This document shows positions 1-8,913 of a stretch of 40,010 nucleotides of DNA, piece after piece (position 1 is the stretch's first letter; every line of letters begins with the position of its first letter). The stretch is taken from IMG/VR virus record IMGVR_UViG_3300017707_001389, positions 1 to 40,010 of that record. One strand, given 5' to 3'. The notes below the pieces were generated by a model. That model worked only from the letters and a program-made list of their open reading frames with translations. It searched no databases and was not told where the DNA came from. The DNA comes from a virus. Taxonomy: Duplodnaviria > Caudoviricetes. The position numbers were made by a program, and so were the translations under genes.

Positions 1-127
1 AGACTCTCGCGAAGCTCCACGTACTTTTTGGCAGTTCACACCGTTTCATAATGAGACGGCCAAAGTTTAATAGTTTTTGCCGACACAAAAACAGGGAAAT
101 TGTATTGTCGGTCAGTGAGAAAACAAC

Positions 128-547
128 ATGCCAACGAAACGTAAATCAACCCGACTGCGGCTTTTAGACGGAACGCACCGCGAGGACCGGCACGGTAAGC
201 GATTGGACACTTCGCCAATCGTTGGCACGCCTACACGTCCAAAGCTCACGAAGGACGAAGCGACCGTCTGGGATGCCGTCATCAAGCAGTGGGAAGGGAC
301 GGAGGTAGTCGGAGCTATCGACACCGCCGAACTGACCGCCTGCTGCGAAATGTGGGGGCTGTACCGGCAGGCCGTGGCGCTCGCCAAGGAGACGCCGACC
401 GACAAGGAGGTGCGGTGCGCGGTGACGGGCTACCTTGCGATGTTCGACAAGCTCGCGGCTAAGTACGGGATGACGCAGCACGACCGCGCGGCACTCGAAG
501 GCTGCAAGACTGAGGCGAAGGACGAGACGGAGGCGATGTACGGTTAG
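128..547 (+). CDS. terS: Terminase small subunit (P27-like)
   Basis: Basic N-terminus (KRKSTRLRLLDGTHREDR), C-terminal 'KYGMTQHDRAAL' resembling the P27 GLTPxxR motif; directly upstream of terL. Confidence 0.85.
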   Translation: MPTKRKSTRLRLLDGTHREDRHGKRLDTSPIVGTPTRPKLTKDEATVWDAVIKQWEGTEVVGAIDTAELTACCEMWGLYRQAVALAKETPTDKEVRCAVTGYLAMFDKLAAKYGMTQHDRAALEGCKTEAKDETEAMYG

Positions 548-603
548 ATAGACGCTAGATAGATGGCCGTCTATTTAAGAATCGCTACCTACACGGAAGA
601 TAG

Positions 604-2217
604 ATGAAGCCGATTGAAAAACCACCGACCGATTTAGCGGGATACGACCCGTTACGCAACACCGCCGGATGCGTCTGGGACGGTGCGGCGGCGGCGCGTG
701 CGGTCGGCTTCTTCGGCGACGTGCTTACTCACCCCGACGACTCGCCATTCACCAAGGCCGGCGACAAGTTCACGCTGCGACCCTGGCAGGCGGATTACAT
801 CGCGACCTTGTACGGCTGGAAGCGTCCCGATGGCGGGCGGCGATACCGCGAAAGCCTGGCCGCGATCCCGCGCAAGCAAGGCAAGTCGGCGATGGCGAGC
901 GGCATCATGCTGTTGGAGCTTGCCGCAATGGGCCGGCGCGGCTCGCAAATCTACTCAGCGGCACAGACGCGGGACCAAGCGGGGCTGGTCTACAACATGG
1001 CCGCCGCGATGGTTCGCCAGAGCAAGTTCCTCTCGCGCCGGCTCGATCCGATCGACAGCACGAAGCGGATCACGTTCAAAGAGACGGGCAGCTACTATCG
1101 AGCCATCCCCGCCGATGCCGGGCCTGTTCATGGGACGAAGCCGGCCGTCGTCATCTTCGACGAACTGCATACGCAGAAAAACCGCGACCTGTACGACGCG
1201 TTGAAGACCGGGCAGGGCGCGACCAGCGACCCGCTATTCATCTCAATCACGACCGCTGGCTTCGACCGCCACAGCATCTGCTTCGACGTGTGGAACCGGG
1301 CCCGGCAAGTGCGCGACGGCGAGAACAACGACCCCTACTTTCTCCCGCTCCTCTACGAACTGGGCGACGGCGAACCGTGGGACGATGAGGCGACGTGGCA
1401 CAAGTGCAATCCGAACCTCGGTTACACCGTCACACTCGACTTCCTGCGCGAGCACTACCAGCAGGCGAAGGACTCACCATCCTATGAAAACACGTTTCGG
1501 AATCTCTACTTGAATCAGTGGGTCGAACAAGCCGTGCGATGGCTCTCCATGGATAAGTGGCGGCTCGGCGACGACGAGTTGCCGGACCTCGAGCAAGAGC
1601 CATGCTGGGCAGCCATCGACCTCTCGACCACGCGCGACATTACCGCCCTCGTGCTCGCTTTCCCTCGCCCTGATGGCGGCTGCTATCTGATTTGCCGCTT
1701 CTGGGTGCCGACTGACAACGCTCGGAGACGGGAGCGTATGGACGGCGTTCCCTATCCGATCTGGGCAAAGGACGGGCACCTCTTCCTCACCGATGGCGAC
1801 TGGATCGACCAGGGAGCGATTCGCAATGAGGTTAACAAGCTGGCGTCGAAATATCGCATTCAGGAAATTGCGGTCGATCCCTGGAACGGAGCTCCACTCA
1901 TGCAGGCGCTTATGGATGATGGGTTTAACATCGTCGAGCATCGCCAGGGCTTCGGCTCGATGGCAGGACCGACAAAGGAATTCGATCGGCTGGTGACGGC
2001 GGGAAAGATCCAGCACGGCGGCCACCCGGTGCTGACCTGGATGGCGGGGAATGTCGCGGTCGATAAAGACTCCGCCGAAAACATGAAGCCCTGTAAGAAG
2101 AAAAGCACGGAGCGGATCGACGGGATTGTGGCGGCGGTAATGGCGGTGGGCCGGGCGAGTGTCGCGCAAGGCACGACGAACAGCTTCTACGATACTAACC
2201 AGGTGGAAATGCTATGA
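604..2217 (+). CDS. terL: Terminase large subunit (HK97/Terminase_1 type)
   Basis: Walker A 'IPRKQGKS', Walker B 'VIFDELH', 'ISITTAG', nuclease motifs 'AIDLSTTRD' and 'RIDGIVA'. Confidence 0.97.
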   Translation: MKPIEKPPTDLAGYDPLRNTAGCVWDGAAAARAVGFFGDVLTHPDDSPFTKAGDKFTLRPWQADYIATLYGWKRPDGGRRYRESLAAIPRKQGKSAMASGIMLLELAAMGRRGSQIYSAAQTRDQAGLVYNMAAAMVRQSKFLSRRLDPIDSTKRITFKETGSYYRAIPADAGPVHGTKPAVVIFDELHTQKNRDLYDALKTGQGATSDPLFISITTAGFDRHSICFDVWNRARQVRDGENNDPYFLPLLYELGDGEPWDDEATWHKCNPNLGYTVTLDFLREHYQQAKDSPSYENTFRNLYLNQWVEQAVRWLSMDKWRLGDDELPDLEQEPCWAAIDLSTTRDITALVLAFPRPDGGCYLICRFWVPTDNARRRERMDGVPYPIWAKDGHLFLTDGDWIDQGAIRNEVNKLASKYRIQEIAVDPWNGAPLMQALMDDGFNIVEHRQGFGSMAGPTKEFDRLVTAGKIQHGGHPVLTWMAGNVAVDKDSAENMKPCKKKSTERIDGIVAAVMAVGRASVAQGTTNSFYDTNQVEML

Positions 2218-2387
2218 GCACGATGCTGGCAATGATCGCCATAACTGGCATCGGCTTATTCGCGGGACTGTGCGCCATACACGCGGCGTTTGCTCCGTTG
2301 TTTCGCGAACAGGATCGCGAGCTCGCGCGTTACAAACGCGAGGAAGAGAACCTACAGAGGAACCTACAGAGAAAGCAACAAACATGA
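2214..2387 (+). CDS. 57-aa single-TM protein between terL and portal
   Basis: Translated by hand: MSTMLAMIAITGIGLFAGLCAIHAAFAPLFREQDRELARYKREEENLQRNLQRKQQT; ATGA overlaps with both neighbours. Confidence 0.65.
   Translation: MSTMLAMIAITGIGLFAGLCAIHAAFAPLFREQDRELARYKREEENLQRNLQRKQQT
2348..2371 (+). repeat. 12-bp tandem duplication GAACCTACAGAG x2
   Basis: Seen directly; in frame within the small ORF (NLQR NLQR). Confidence 0.85.
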
Positions 2388-3946
2388 ACCTCGCCGAATA
2401 TCACAACGAGTATGTCGCGGGCGTTCATCCGACCACCCCGCCGGCGCAACGCTCCCTCGAGAACCCGAACCTACCGCTGAACGATCCGGCTGTCTGGGCC
2501 GAAGTGTTCGGCGGCGGCGGACGCGCAGAGACGGGCGAGATAGTCACCGCCGACAAGGCACTGACCTACGCGCCGTTCTACCGCGCGGTGCAGCTCATCG
2601 CCGGCGACGTGGCGAAGCTATCACGGTGCATCTACAAGCGGCGGCACGACATCGGCGAAGGGGCACGCGAGCGGGACCGTGGGCACAGGCTGAACTACGT
2701 CCTCAACGTCGCGGTCAATGAATACACGGAAGCGATTAAGTTTTGGGAGCGGTTCATGGCGGACGCGCTCATCTACCGCCACGCCTTCGCGCGGATCATG
2801 TTCGACGGCAGCGGCGCACCGGCGGAACTGTACAACCTCCTGCCGGATCGCACAACGTGTCGCTGGATCGACGGCAAGCTGTGGTACTTCACTGAGGTAA
2901 GCGACACGCCGCACCCTATCGCGTTATTCCCCTGGGAGGTGCTGCACATCGAAGGGCCGATGCTAACGGCCGGTGCCGCCCCGCTGTTTCAGATCGCACG
3001 AAACAGCATCGCCCTCGGCCTCGCACAAGAGAAGTTCGCCGCCAAGTTTTTCAAGCACGGCGGGCGCGTCGGCGGCGTGCTCGAGCTACCTGCGGCAATG
3101 GGCAAGATGGCCCGCGACACCGTGGAGGAAGGCTTTCGCAAGAGCTACGAAGGGGCAGAAAACCCCTTTAAAACAGTGATTCTGCGGGATAACGCCAAGT
3201 TCCACGAGGCACAGCAATCGCCCCGCGAGTCGCAAATGGTGGAGGCGACGGAAAGCCAAACCCGGCAGATTGCCCATTGGTTCAACCTGCCGCCAAGCAA
3301 GCTGGGATTGAGCGACAGCGTGAGCTACAACAGCAAGGCGGAGGACAATCAGAACTATCTCGACACTACGCTGCAGATTTGGCTCACCCGGATAGAGTCA
3401 GCGTGCAACTTTCGGTTGATTAGCGAGCGGCAAAGCGACACCCATTTCATCGAGCACAACGTCTCATCACTCCTTCGCATGAACCTCACGGCACAGGCGG
3501 CGGCGTTCACGAAGCTCGTCGGCGCGAGGATTATGAACCCCAACGAGTGCCGGGCAAAACTCAACATGCTGCCCTATGAAGGTGGCGATGAATTTGTCAA
3601 CCCGAATACGATGAAAAGCGGGGATGACACGCAAGAGGAGCCAGAGGACGAACCGGATGAGGAAGAGGAGGAGCCAGACGAGACGCCGCCGGAACGCTCG
3701 ACCGATTACCGCCGCATGATCTTCGAAATCGCCGCACGGGCGAGAGACAAGGCGAAGCGTCCGCAAGGATTCATCGACTGGGTTGACGGCAACCTGGCGC
3801 CGCACCGCGCGGATTACAAAGGCGGCGACATCTTCCCGTTCGACGAAATCACAACCGACCTGCGACGCAATCTGCTGACGTGGAAGAACGAAGAACTCAT
3901 CGCCCGCGTTGACGAGTGGGCGAAACTTTTGGAGGAACGAGCATGA
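2384..3946 (+). CDS. Portal protein (HK97 family) with acidic C-terminal extension
   Basis: 'AVQLIAGDVAKL', 'EVLHI', 'IAHWFNLPPSKLG', 'IMNPNECRAKLNMLPYEGGD'; start reassigned to ATG 2384. Confidence 0.95.
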   Translation: MNLAEYHNEYVAGVHPTTPPAQRSLENPNLPLNDPAVWAEVFGGGGRAETGEIVTADKALTYAPFYRAVQLIAGDVAKLSRCIYKRRHDIGEGARERDRGHRLNYVLNVAVNEYTEAIKFWERFMADALIYRHAFARIMFDGSGAPAELYNLLPDRTTCRWIDGKLWYFTEVSDTPHPIALFPWEVLHIEGPMLTAGAAPLFQIARNSIALGLAQEKFAAKFFKHGGRVGGVLELPAAMGKMARDTVEEGFRKSYEGAENPFKTVILRDNAKFHEAQQSPRESQMVEATESQTRQIAHWFNLPPSKLGLSDSVSYNSKAEDNQNYLDTTLQIWLTRIESACNFRLISERQSDTHFIEHNVSSLLRMNLTAQAAAFTKLVGARIMNPNECRAKLNMLPYEGGDEFVNPNTMKSGDDTQEEPEDEPDEEEEEPDETPPERSTDYRRMIFEIAARARDKAKRPQGFIDWVDGNLAPHRADYKGGDIFPFDEITTDLRRNLLTWKNEELIARVDEWAKLLEERA

Positions 3947-4569
3947 ATACCGAACGACGCATGACCCCGGCGGCGAGCATCACCATCGAAACCCGCGACG
4001 ACGGAAAGAAAGTCGTCAGCGGCTATGGGGCTGTGTTTCACAATCCCAAAGACGAAGGCACAGAGTTCCAATTGTGGAGCGACCTGCGTGAACGCATCGC
4101 CCCCGGCGCGTTTGATCGTGCTCTCAAGGAAAAGCACGATGCACGCGGGCTTTTCAATCACGATCCGAACATGCTGCTAGGGCGCGTCGGCAGCGGAACC
4201 ATGCGGCTATCTGTCGATAAGAAGGGGCTGAGGTACGAAATCGACCTACCGGATACGCAGGTGGGGCGCGACGTGGCGGCAAGCATCGCCCGCGGCGACC
4301 TCACCGGCAGTAGCTTCGCCTTCTCCGTCAAACGCCAATCGTGGGAGCAAGGCAAGGATTTCGACATCCGTACGATTGAAGACCTGGACCTGTACGATAC
4401 TGGTCCGGTCACTTATCCGGCTTACAGTGCGACGACCACCGGGCTACGCTCTGGCGAGTGCGCCGATGCTGTCGCGGCGCGTGATGCGTGGCGACACGAA
4501 CGGGAAGCGGAAGCCGTCGCGGTTCGCTCGCGAGCAATTTCGCTTGACATCGAAAACGCTTCGGCGTAG
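3943..4569 (+). CDS. HK97-family prohead protease
   Basis: 'GYGAVF', 'ERIAPGAF', 'LFNHD', 'GSSFAF', 'GPVTYPAY'; ATGA overlap with portal stop. Confidence 0.95.
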   Translation: MNTERRMTPAASITIETRDDGKKVVSGYGAVFHNPKDEGTEFQLWSDLRERIAPGAFDRALKEKHDARGLFNHDPNMLLGRVGSGTMRLSVDKKGLRYEIDLPDTQVGRDVAASIARGDLTGSSFAFSVKRQSWEQGKDFDIRTIEDLDLYDTGPVTYPAYSATTTGLRSGECADAVAARDAWRHEREAEAVAVRSRAISLDIENASA

Positions 4570-4572
4570 ATT
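4544..4572 (+). promoter_or_regulatory. Sigma70-like promoter upstream of major capsid gene
   Basis: TTGACA (4544-4549), 17-bp spacer, TAGATT (4567-4572). Confidence 0.6.
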
Positions 4573-4610
4573 TTACGTGTCTGAACAACTTATTTGGCTC
4601 CGAGCGGCTT

Positions 4611-4671
4611 AAACGTCAGCAGAGTCTTTCAGCACCTTCACAAGTGCCGGAGACTTAACTGACGTTTTTTT
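4611..4671 (+). terminator. Long imperfect hairpin plus U-tract (terminator/attenuator-like) in capsid leader
   Basis: AAACGTCAG (4611-4619) pairs with CTGACGTTT (4659-4667); inner stems AGTCTTT/GGAGACT and GCAC/GTGC; T7 at 4665-4671. Confidence 0.55.
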
Positions 4672-4703
4672 GTTGCGCCTCCGGCGAATCCGGGGACGCA
4701 CAA

Positions 4704-6098
4704 ATGGATGCGAAGCTCAAGGAACTGCAAGAGACGAAGAACGCCAAGGCGACCGCCATCAAAGACCTGGCCTCTCGCCAGGACAAGTGGACCGCCGAAG
4801 ATCGCGCCGCTTGGGATGTCGTCAACAAAGAGTACGACGACACCGCCGCCGCACTCGTCGCCCGCGACGCCGAACTCAAGAGCGCCGCCGCTGTTCAGGC
4901 TCGCCTGAAAGCCATTGAAGACGAGCAGCGTGCGACCGGGAAGCCGATCGGCGTTGACGCCAACGATCGCCGGGAAGCCGACCCCGAACGCCGTCAGTCT
5001 CGCGCCCTCGAAACGCGCGCCAATGCCTTCCAGGCGTGGTGCCTCGCTCAATCCGGCATGGAACTGCGAGAGGAGCACCGCGAAGCCCTCCGCGTCACCG
5101 GCATCAATCCGGCCGCGAAGGAAATCCCGCTCTTCGCCGAAGAAACCAACTTTCGTTATGGCGACCCTGCTTGGTCGTGCGGCGACGGCACCCGCCAGCA
5201 GCAACGCGAAATCCGCGCCGGCCTCGATGTCGCCACCAGCGGCGCGGGCCTCGAAACCATCCCTGAAGGTTTCATGGCGATGCTGGAAAAGAAAACGCTC
5301 GCTTACGGCAGCGTGCGGCAAGTTGCCAAGGTGGTGCAAACCGCCAGCGGCAACTCGATGCCGTGGCCTGTTGTCGATGACACGGCGAACGTGGCCGCGA
5401 TCCTGGCGGAAGCCACGACCATCGGCACCTCGGTTGATCCCACGTTCAGCGCCATCACGCTCCTGGCTTACAAGCTCAGCAGCAAGCCGGTTTTCGTGTC
5501 GGCGGAAATCCTGCAAGACTCCGCCTTCAACCTCGCCAGCGAACTGGCCGACATGATCGGCACCCGCTTTGGTCGTGGCGAGAACGTGTACTTCACCACC
5601 GGCACCAACAGCAGCCAGCCGCAAGGCGTGGTTGCGGCTGCCGGTACGGGCGTCACCTCGGCTGCCGCTGCTGCCTTCACCGCCGATGAACTCATCGGAC
5701 TGGTTCACTCGCTCGATCCGTCGTACCGCTCGCTGCCTTCGTGCGGCTTCATGATGAAGGACGATGTGATTGCGTATATCAGAAAATTCAAAGATGCCAA
5801 CGGCGCGGCCTTGTGGCAGCCGGGAATGACGCTTGGCATCCCGGATCGCATCTACGGCTACCCGGTCATTGCGAACCAGCAGATGACCGGCTTGACCAGC
5901 AACGTGCCGGTCACGGCGACGAAGCATGTTCTGTTCGGCGCGTACGAAAAATACATCGTTCGCGATGCTGGGCCGACCCGCGTGTACCACCTCACCGAAC
6001 GCTATCGCGACCTCGATCAAGATTGCTTCGTGGCGTTCAAGCGGATCGACGGGCGGGCGCTCAACGCCGCTGCGTTCAAAGTCCTCCTGCAAGCCTAA
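4704..6098 (+). CDS. Major capsid protein (HK97 fold with N-terminal delta domain)
   Basis: Coiled-coil N-terminus; 'VSAEILQDSAFNL', 'KFKDANGAALWQPG', 'IYGYPV', 'FKRIDG'. Confidence 0.96.
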   Translation: MDAKLKELQETKNAKATAIKDLASRQDKWTAEDRAAWDVVNKEYDDTAAALVARDAELKSAAAVQARLKAIEDEQRATGKPIGVDANDRREADPERRQSRALETRANAFQAWCLAQSGMELREEHREALRVTGINPAAKEIPLFAEETNFRYGDPAWSCGDGTRQQQREIRAGLDVATSGAGLETIPEGFMAMLEKKTLAYGSVRQVAKVVQTASGNSMPWPVVDDTANVAAILAEATTIGTSVDPTFSAITLLAYKLSSKPVFVSAEILQDSAFNLASELADMIGTRFGRGENVYFTTGTNSSQPQGVVAAAGTGVTSAAAAAFTADELIGLVHSLDPSYRSLPSCGFMMKDDVIAYIRKFKDANGAALWQPGMTLGIPDRIYGYPVIANQQMTGLTSNVPVTATKHVLFGAYEKYIVRDAGPTRVYHLTERYRDLDQDCFVAFKRIDGRALNAAAFKVLLQA

Positions 6099-6100
6099 AC

Positions 6101-6325
6101 ATGCTCGTGACCCTCGAAACGCAGCTTATTTGGTACGGCCGGGAATACGAACCCGGCGAGCAAATCGAGCTGCCCGACAACGACGCACGGCGGTTCATTG
6201 CCAGCGGACAGGCTCAACCTGTCACGCCACAAATCGAAACCGCAGCCCTTCGCACACAGCCTCCCAAGGGGAAACAAGATGGCCGGAACTCGTCAACCGG
6301 GACGCAATCCCGAACTCGTCACTGA
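6101..6325 (+). CDS. Small head-associated protein
   Basis: 'YEPGEQIELPDNDARRFIASGQA' is typical of the short ORF after MCP; ATG 6101. Confidence 0.65.
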   Translation: MLVTLETQLIWYGREYEPGEQIELPDNDARRFIASGQAQPVTPQIETAALRTQPPKGKQDGRNSSTGTQSRTRH

Positions 6326-6659
6326 AACCGGTACGACGCTGACCATCGGGCCGGGCGACGCTGGCAAGGTGTTCTGCAACGTGGGCGCTGGCGGCAACAT
6401 TGCCTACACGGTTGGTTCGGCCGCAACCTTCCGCCCTGGCGATCAGATCTGGGTGCTGTCGGCTGCGGCAGGCACTACGACCGTCAGCTTCACGGCGGGA
6501 CAGCTGATTGCGTTTAACGACGTGGCTGCCAACTCTGTCGCACTCTCGACCAGCAGCGAAATCATCGGCGGCGGCTTCCTGTTCACTTGCCTCAGTTCGA
6601 GCAAGTGGCACTGCTGCCCACTCACCGAAGAAACGCAAACCGTCACCGTCGCCACCTAA
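6279..6659 (+). CDS. Putative capsid decoration / virion protein
   Basis: Thr/Ala/Gly-rich beta-type sequence within the head module; ATG 6279. Confidence 0.55.
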   Translation: MAGTRQPGRNPELVTETGTTLTIGPGDAGKVFCNVGAGGNIAYTVGSAATFRPGDQIWVLSAAAGTTTVSFTAGQLIAFNDVAANSVALSTSSEIIGGGFLFTCLSSSKWHCCPLTEETQTVTVAT

Positions 6660-6671
6660 GGAACTTGATAT

Positions 6672-7262
6672 ATGCCCGGCACACTTTCACCCGACGTATA
6701 TATTCGCGGCGACACCGGCGCGATGCGTCAAACCGATGGCACGACCGACGCGCCCGTCAATGGCTGGCTCGGCGGCGTGGTCTATTCGGCCGTGGCTGCC
6801 TCGGCGGCGCACAGCGACACGACCACCGAAGCCCTGTTCGACAAGCAGTACAGCATTCCCGCGAATACGCTTGTCGCCGGCAGCGTGATTAAGGTTCGCT
6901 TTCAAGGCATTGCGACCTCGACGAACAGCACCGACACGCTCACGGTCAAGCTGTACATCGGCGGCTTGTCGGGAACGGCGATCCTCACCGGCACCGCGAC
7001 GGACGCGACCAATAACGACATTTTCACCGGCGAAGCGCTGATTCAGATCCGCACGGCCGGCGCATCCGGAACGATGGTCGCTGTCGCCAGCGGCAACATC
7101 GTCCCTGCGGCTACTCGCGTGGCTGTGCCAGTGTTCCAAATCACCGCCAGCACGACGATCGACACGACCGCCGCGCAGGTTATCGGAGTCGGTGCCGACT
7201 GGTCCGCCGCATCCGCGTCCGACTCCGCTCGTCTCGACATCATGGTCGTGGAGATTTACTAG
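6672..7262 (+). CDS. Putative virion structural protein (head fibre/decoration-like)
   Basis: Thr/Ala-rich, beta-strand periodicity, position in head module. Confidence 0.55.
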   Translation: MPGTLSPDVYIRGDTGAMRQTDGTTDAPVNGWLGGVVYSAVAASAAHSDTTTEALFDKQYSIPANTLVAGSVIKVRFQGIATSTNSTDTLTVKLYIGGLSGTAILTGTATDATNNDIFTGEALIQIRTAGASGTMVAVASGNIVPAATRVAVPVFQITASTTIDTTAAQVIGVGADWSAASASDSARLDIMVVEIY

Positions 7263-7264
7263 CC

Positions 7265-7573
7265 ATGATTGTCGGCAAATACACCTACACGACTGTTGCG
7301 ACGGCGGGCACGACCGACGAGCAGGGCATCGCCGCTGCCGCGAACATGCGTCTCATGGGCTACTCGATTCGCGAGACGGCGGCTGCGGCTGCCACCGTGA
7401 ATCTGTGCCACGGGACGAGCAACACGACGATTATGGCTGCCGAGAACATTGAGGCATCGAAGTCGGTGCTGCGCTGGTTCGGCCCTCAAGGCTTGCCAGC
7501 GGATGCCGGCGTATACATCGAACGCCTCACCGGGGGCAGCACGCAAGTCATCCTGATCACCGCCATCATCTGA
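7265..7573 (+). CDS. Putative virion structural protein
   Basis: Compact beta-rich ORF; stop overlaps next start (TGATG). Confidence 0.55.
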   Translation: MIVGKYTYTTVATAGTTDEQGIAAAANMRLMGYSIRETAAAAATVNLCHGTSNTTIMAAENIEASKSVLRWFGPQGLPADAGVYIERLTGGSTQVILITAII

Positions 7574-8172
7574 TGAAGTACAGCCTCAATCAAAGCACCG
7601 CGCCGACCGCCGAACCAGTGACCCTGGCCGAAGCGAAAGCGCACCTGCGCATCGAGCACGACGCGGAGGATGTGACGATTCAGGCGTATCTGCAAGCCGC
7701 ACGGGAGGAAGTCGAAACGTACCTCAACCGCCAGTTGATGACCGCCACTTGGGATCTGTACCTCGATGCGTTTCCGATTGGCCGCTCGCCGCTCTTGCTG
7801 CCCAAGAACCCGGTGCAAAGCGTGACGAGCATCACCTACACCGATCCCGACAGCGGGGCACAGACCTTCAGCAGCGCGAGCTACAGCAGCGACGTATACA
7901 GCGAGCCGGCGCGGATCGTACTCAAAGACACTGCCCAGTGGCCGGAAGTGCTAAGCGTGCCGAACGTCGTCAGGGTGCGATTCGTCGCGGGCTACACGTC
8001 CGCGTACATTGTGCCGGCGAAGATCAAAGCGGCGATCTTGCTGATCCTATCGCGGCTGTGGGAACGCTCGCCGGACGGCATGAGTGATGCGGCGATCAAC
8101 CTGCTGACGACAGCCAACATTGGCGACGAGTTTAGCCAGTACGGACAGAGCGAAGTGGGCGTGTATGGCTGA
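7573..8172 (+). CDS. Head-tail connector (HK97 gp6-like)
   Basis: 'EPVTLAEAKAHLRI', 'AAREEVETYLNRQL', 'VRFVAGY', 'VPAKIKAAILLIL'. Confidence 0.92.
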   Translation: MKYSLNQSTAPTAEPVTLAEAKAHLRIEHDAEDVTIQAYLQAAREEVETYLNRQLMTATWDLYLDAFPIGRSPLLLPKNPVQSVTSITYTDPDSGAQTFSSASYSSDVYSEPARIVLKDTAQWPEVLSVPNVVRVRFVAGYTSAYIVPAKIKAAILLILSRLWERSPDGMSDAAINLLTTANIGDEFSQYGQSEVGVYG

Positions 8173-8509
8173 CGCAGGCAAATATACGACCCTCGCCGAA
8201 CTGCAAGAGGACGTGGGGGGGACCGAAGATTCACGCGGGCGACCGGGCGAGAACTGGCAGACGCGCAGCCGGGCGTGGCTGCTGCTGCAAAACATCGGAT
8301 CACTCGAGCTACGCGACTTCAATCAACGCTATCCGACGGCCACCTATCGAGCCGAAACGCACTACCAACCCGGCAGCAAGTTTACCGCCGGTTGGCGCAT
8401 GAAGCTCGTTGACGGTCGAACGCTATCGGTAATCGACGTACAGAACGAGGACAACCTAAACGCCAGGTGGATCATTGCGGCGGCTGAGCAAGTGCAGGTG
8501 CGCGATTGA
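8165..8509 (+). CDS. Head closure / head-tail adaptor (SPP1 gp16-like)
   Basis: 'EDSRGRPGENW...RAW', 'AGWRM...GRTLSVIDV'; synteny; ATG 8165. Confidence 0.75.
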   Translation: MADAGKYTTLAELQEDVGGTEDSRGRPGENWQTRSRAWLLLQNIGSLELRDFNQRYPTATYRAETHYQPGSKFTAGWRMKLVDGRTLSVIDVQNEDNLNARWIIAAAEQVQVRD

Positions 8510-8913
8510 GCATTAGCGAGGACTTCCGAACCTACCTCAAGACGCAGAGCACGATCACGAGCGTGGTCGGCTCGCGGATCGTACAAGCACCGGCACAGAT
8601 GACGACCAAGCTGCCGATGATTTGCTATCGCCGTGGCAACGCACTGACGGACCCGGTATTGAACGGCGGCGGCGGCGGACTGACGGAAACAAGTTTTGAT
8701 GTGGAGTGCAGGGCGGCGACACAAGACGGCGCGGAGGACTTATCCGACGCCTTGCACACGCTCCTGCAAGCCACCAGCAACGTGACATGGGGCAGCAGCA
8801 CGGCGGTCGGTACGTTCGTCGAAAGCCAGGCCGACGATTACGCATTCATGGAAGAGGGGAACGACACGCCGGAATACGTGGTCGCATCCCTCGTGAGAGT
8901 CTTTCACCGCTGA
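8506..8913 (+). CDS. Tail completion/terminator protein (DUF3168-like)
   Basis: 'ITSVVGSRI...AP...LPMICY', 'FDVECRA'; TTG start; synteny. Confidence 0.7.
   Translation: MSISEDFRTYLKTQSTITSVVGSRIVQAPAQMTTKLPMICYRRGNALTDPVLNGGGGGLTETSFDVECRAATQDGAEDLSDALHTLLQATSNVTWGSSTAVGTFVESQADDYAFMEEGNDTPEYVVASLVRVFHR

Noticed and set aside
2159-2383. 75-aa N-terminal extension of portal in the ORF track
   Set aside because: Better explained by the coupled 2214-2387 ORF and ATG 2384
4638-6092. 484-aa minus-strand ORF opposite the capsid gene (similarly 19408-20628, 36156-37355, 10960-11682)
   Set aside because: Antisense shadows of GC-rich coding genes; no motifs or expression signals
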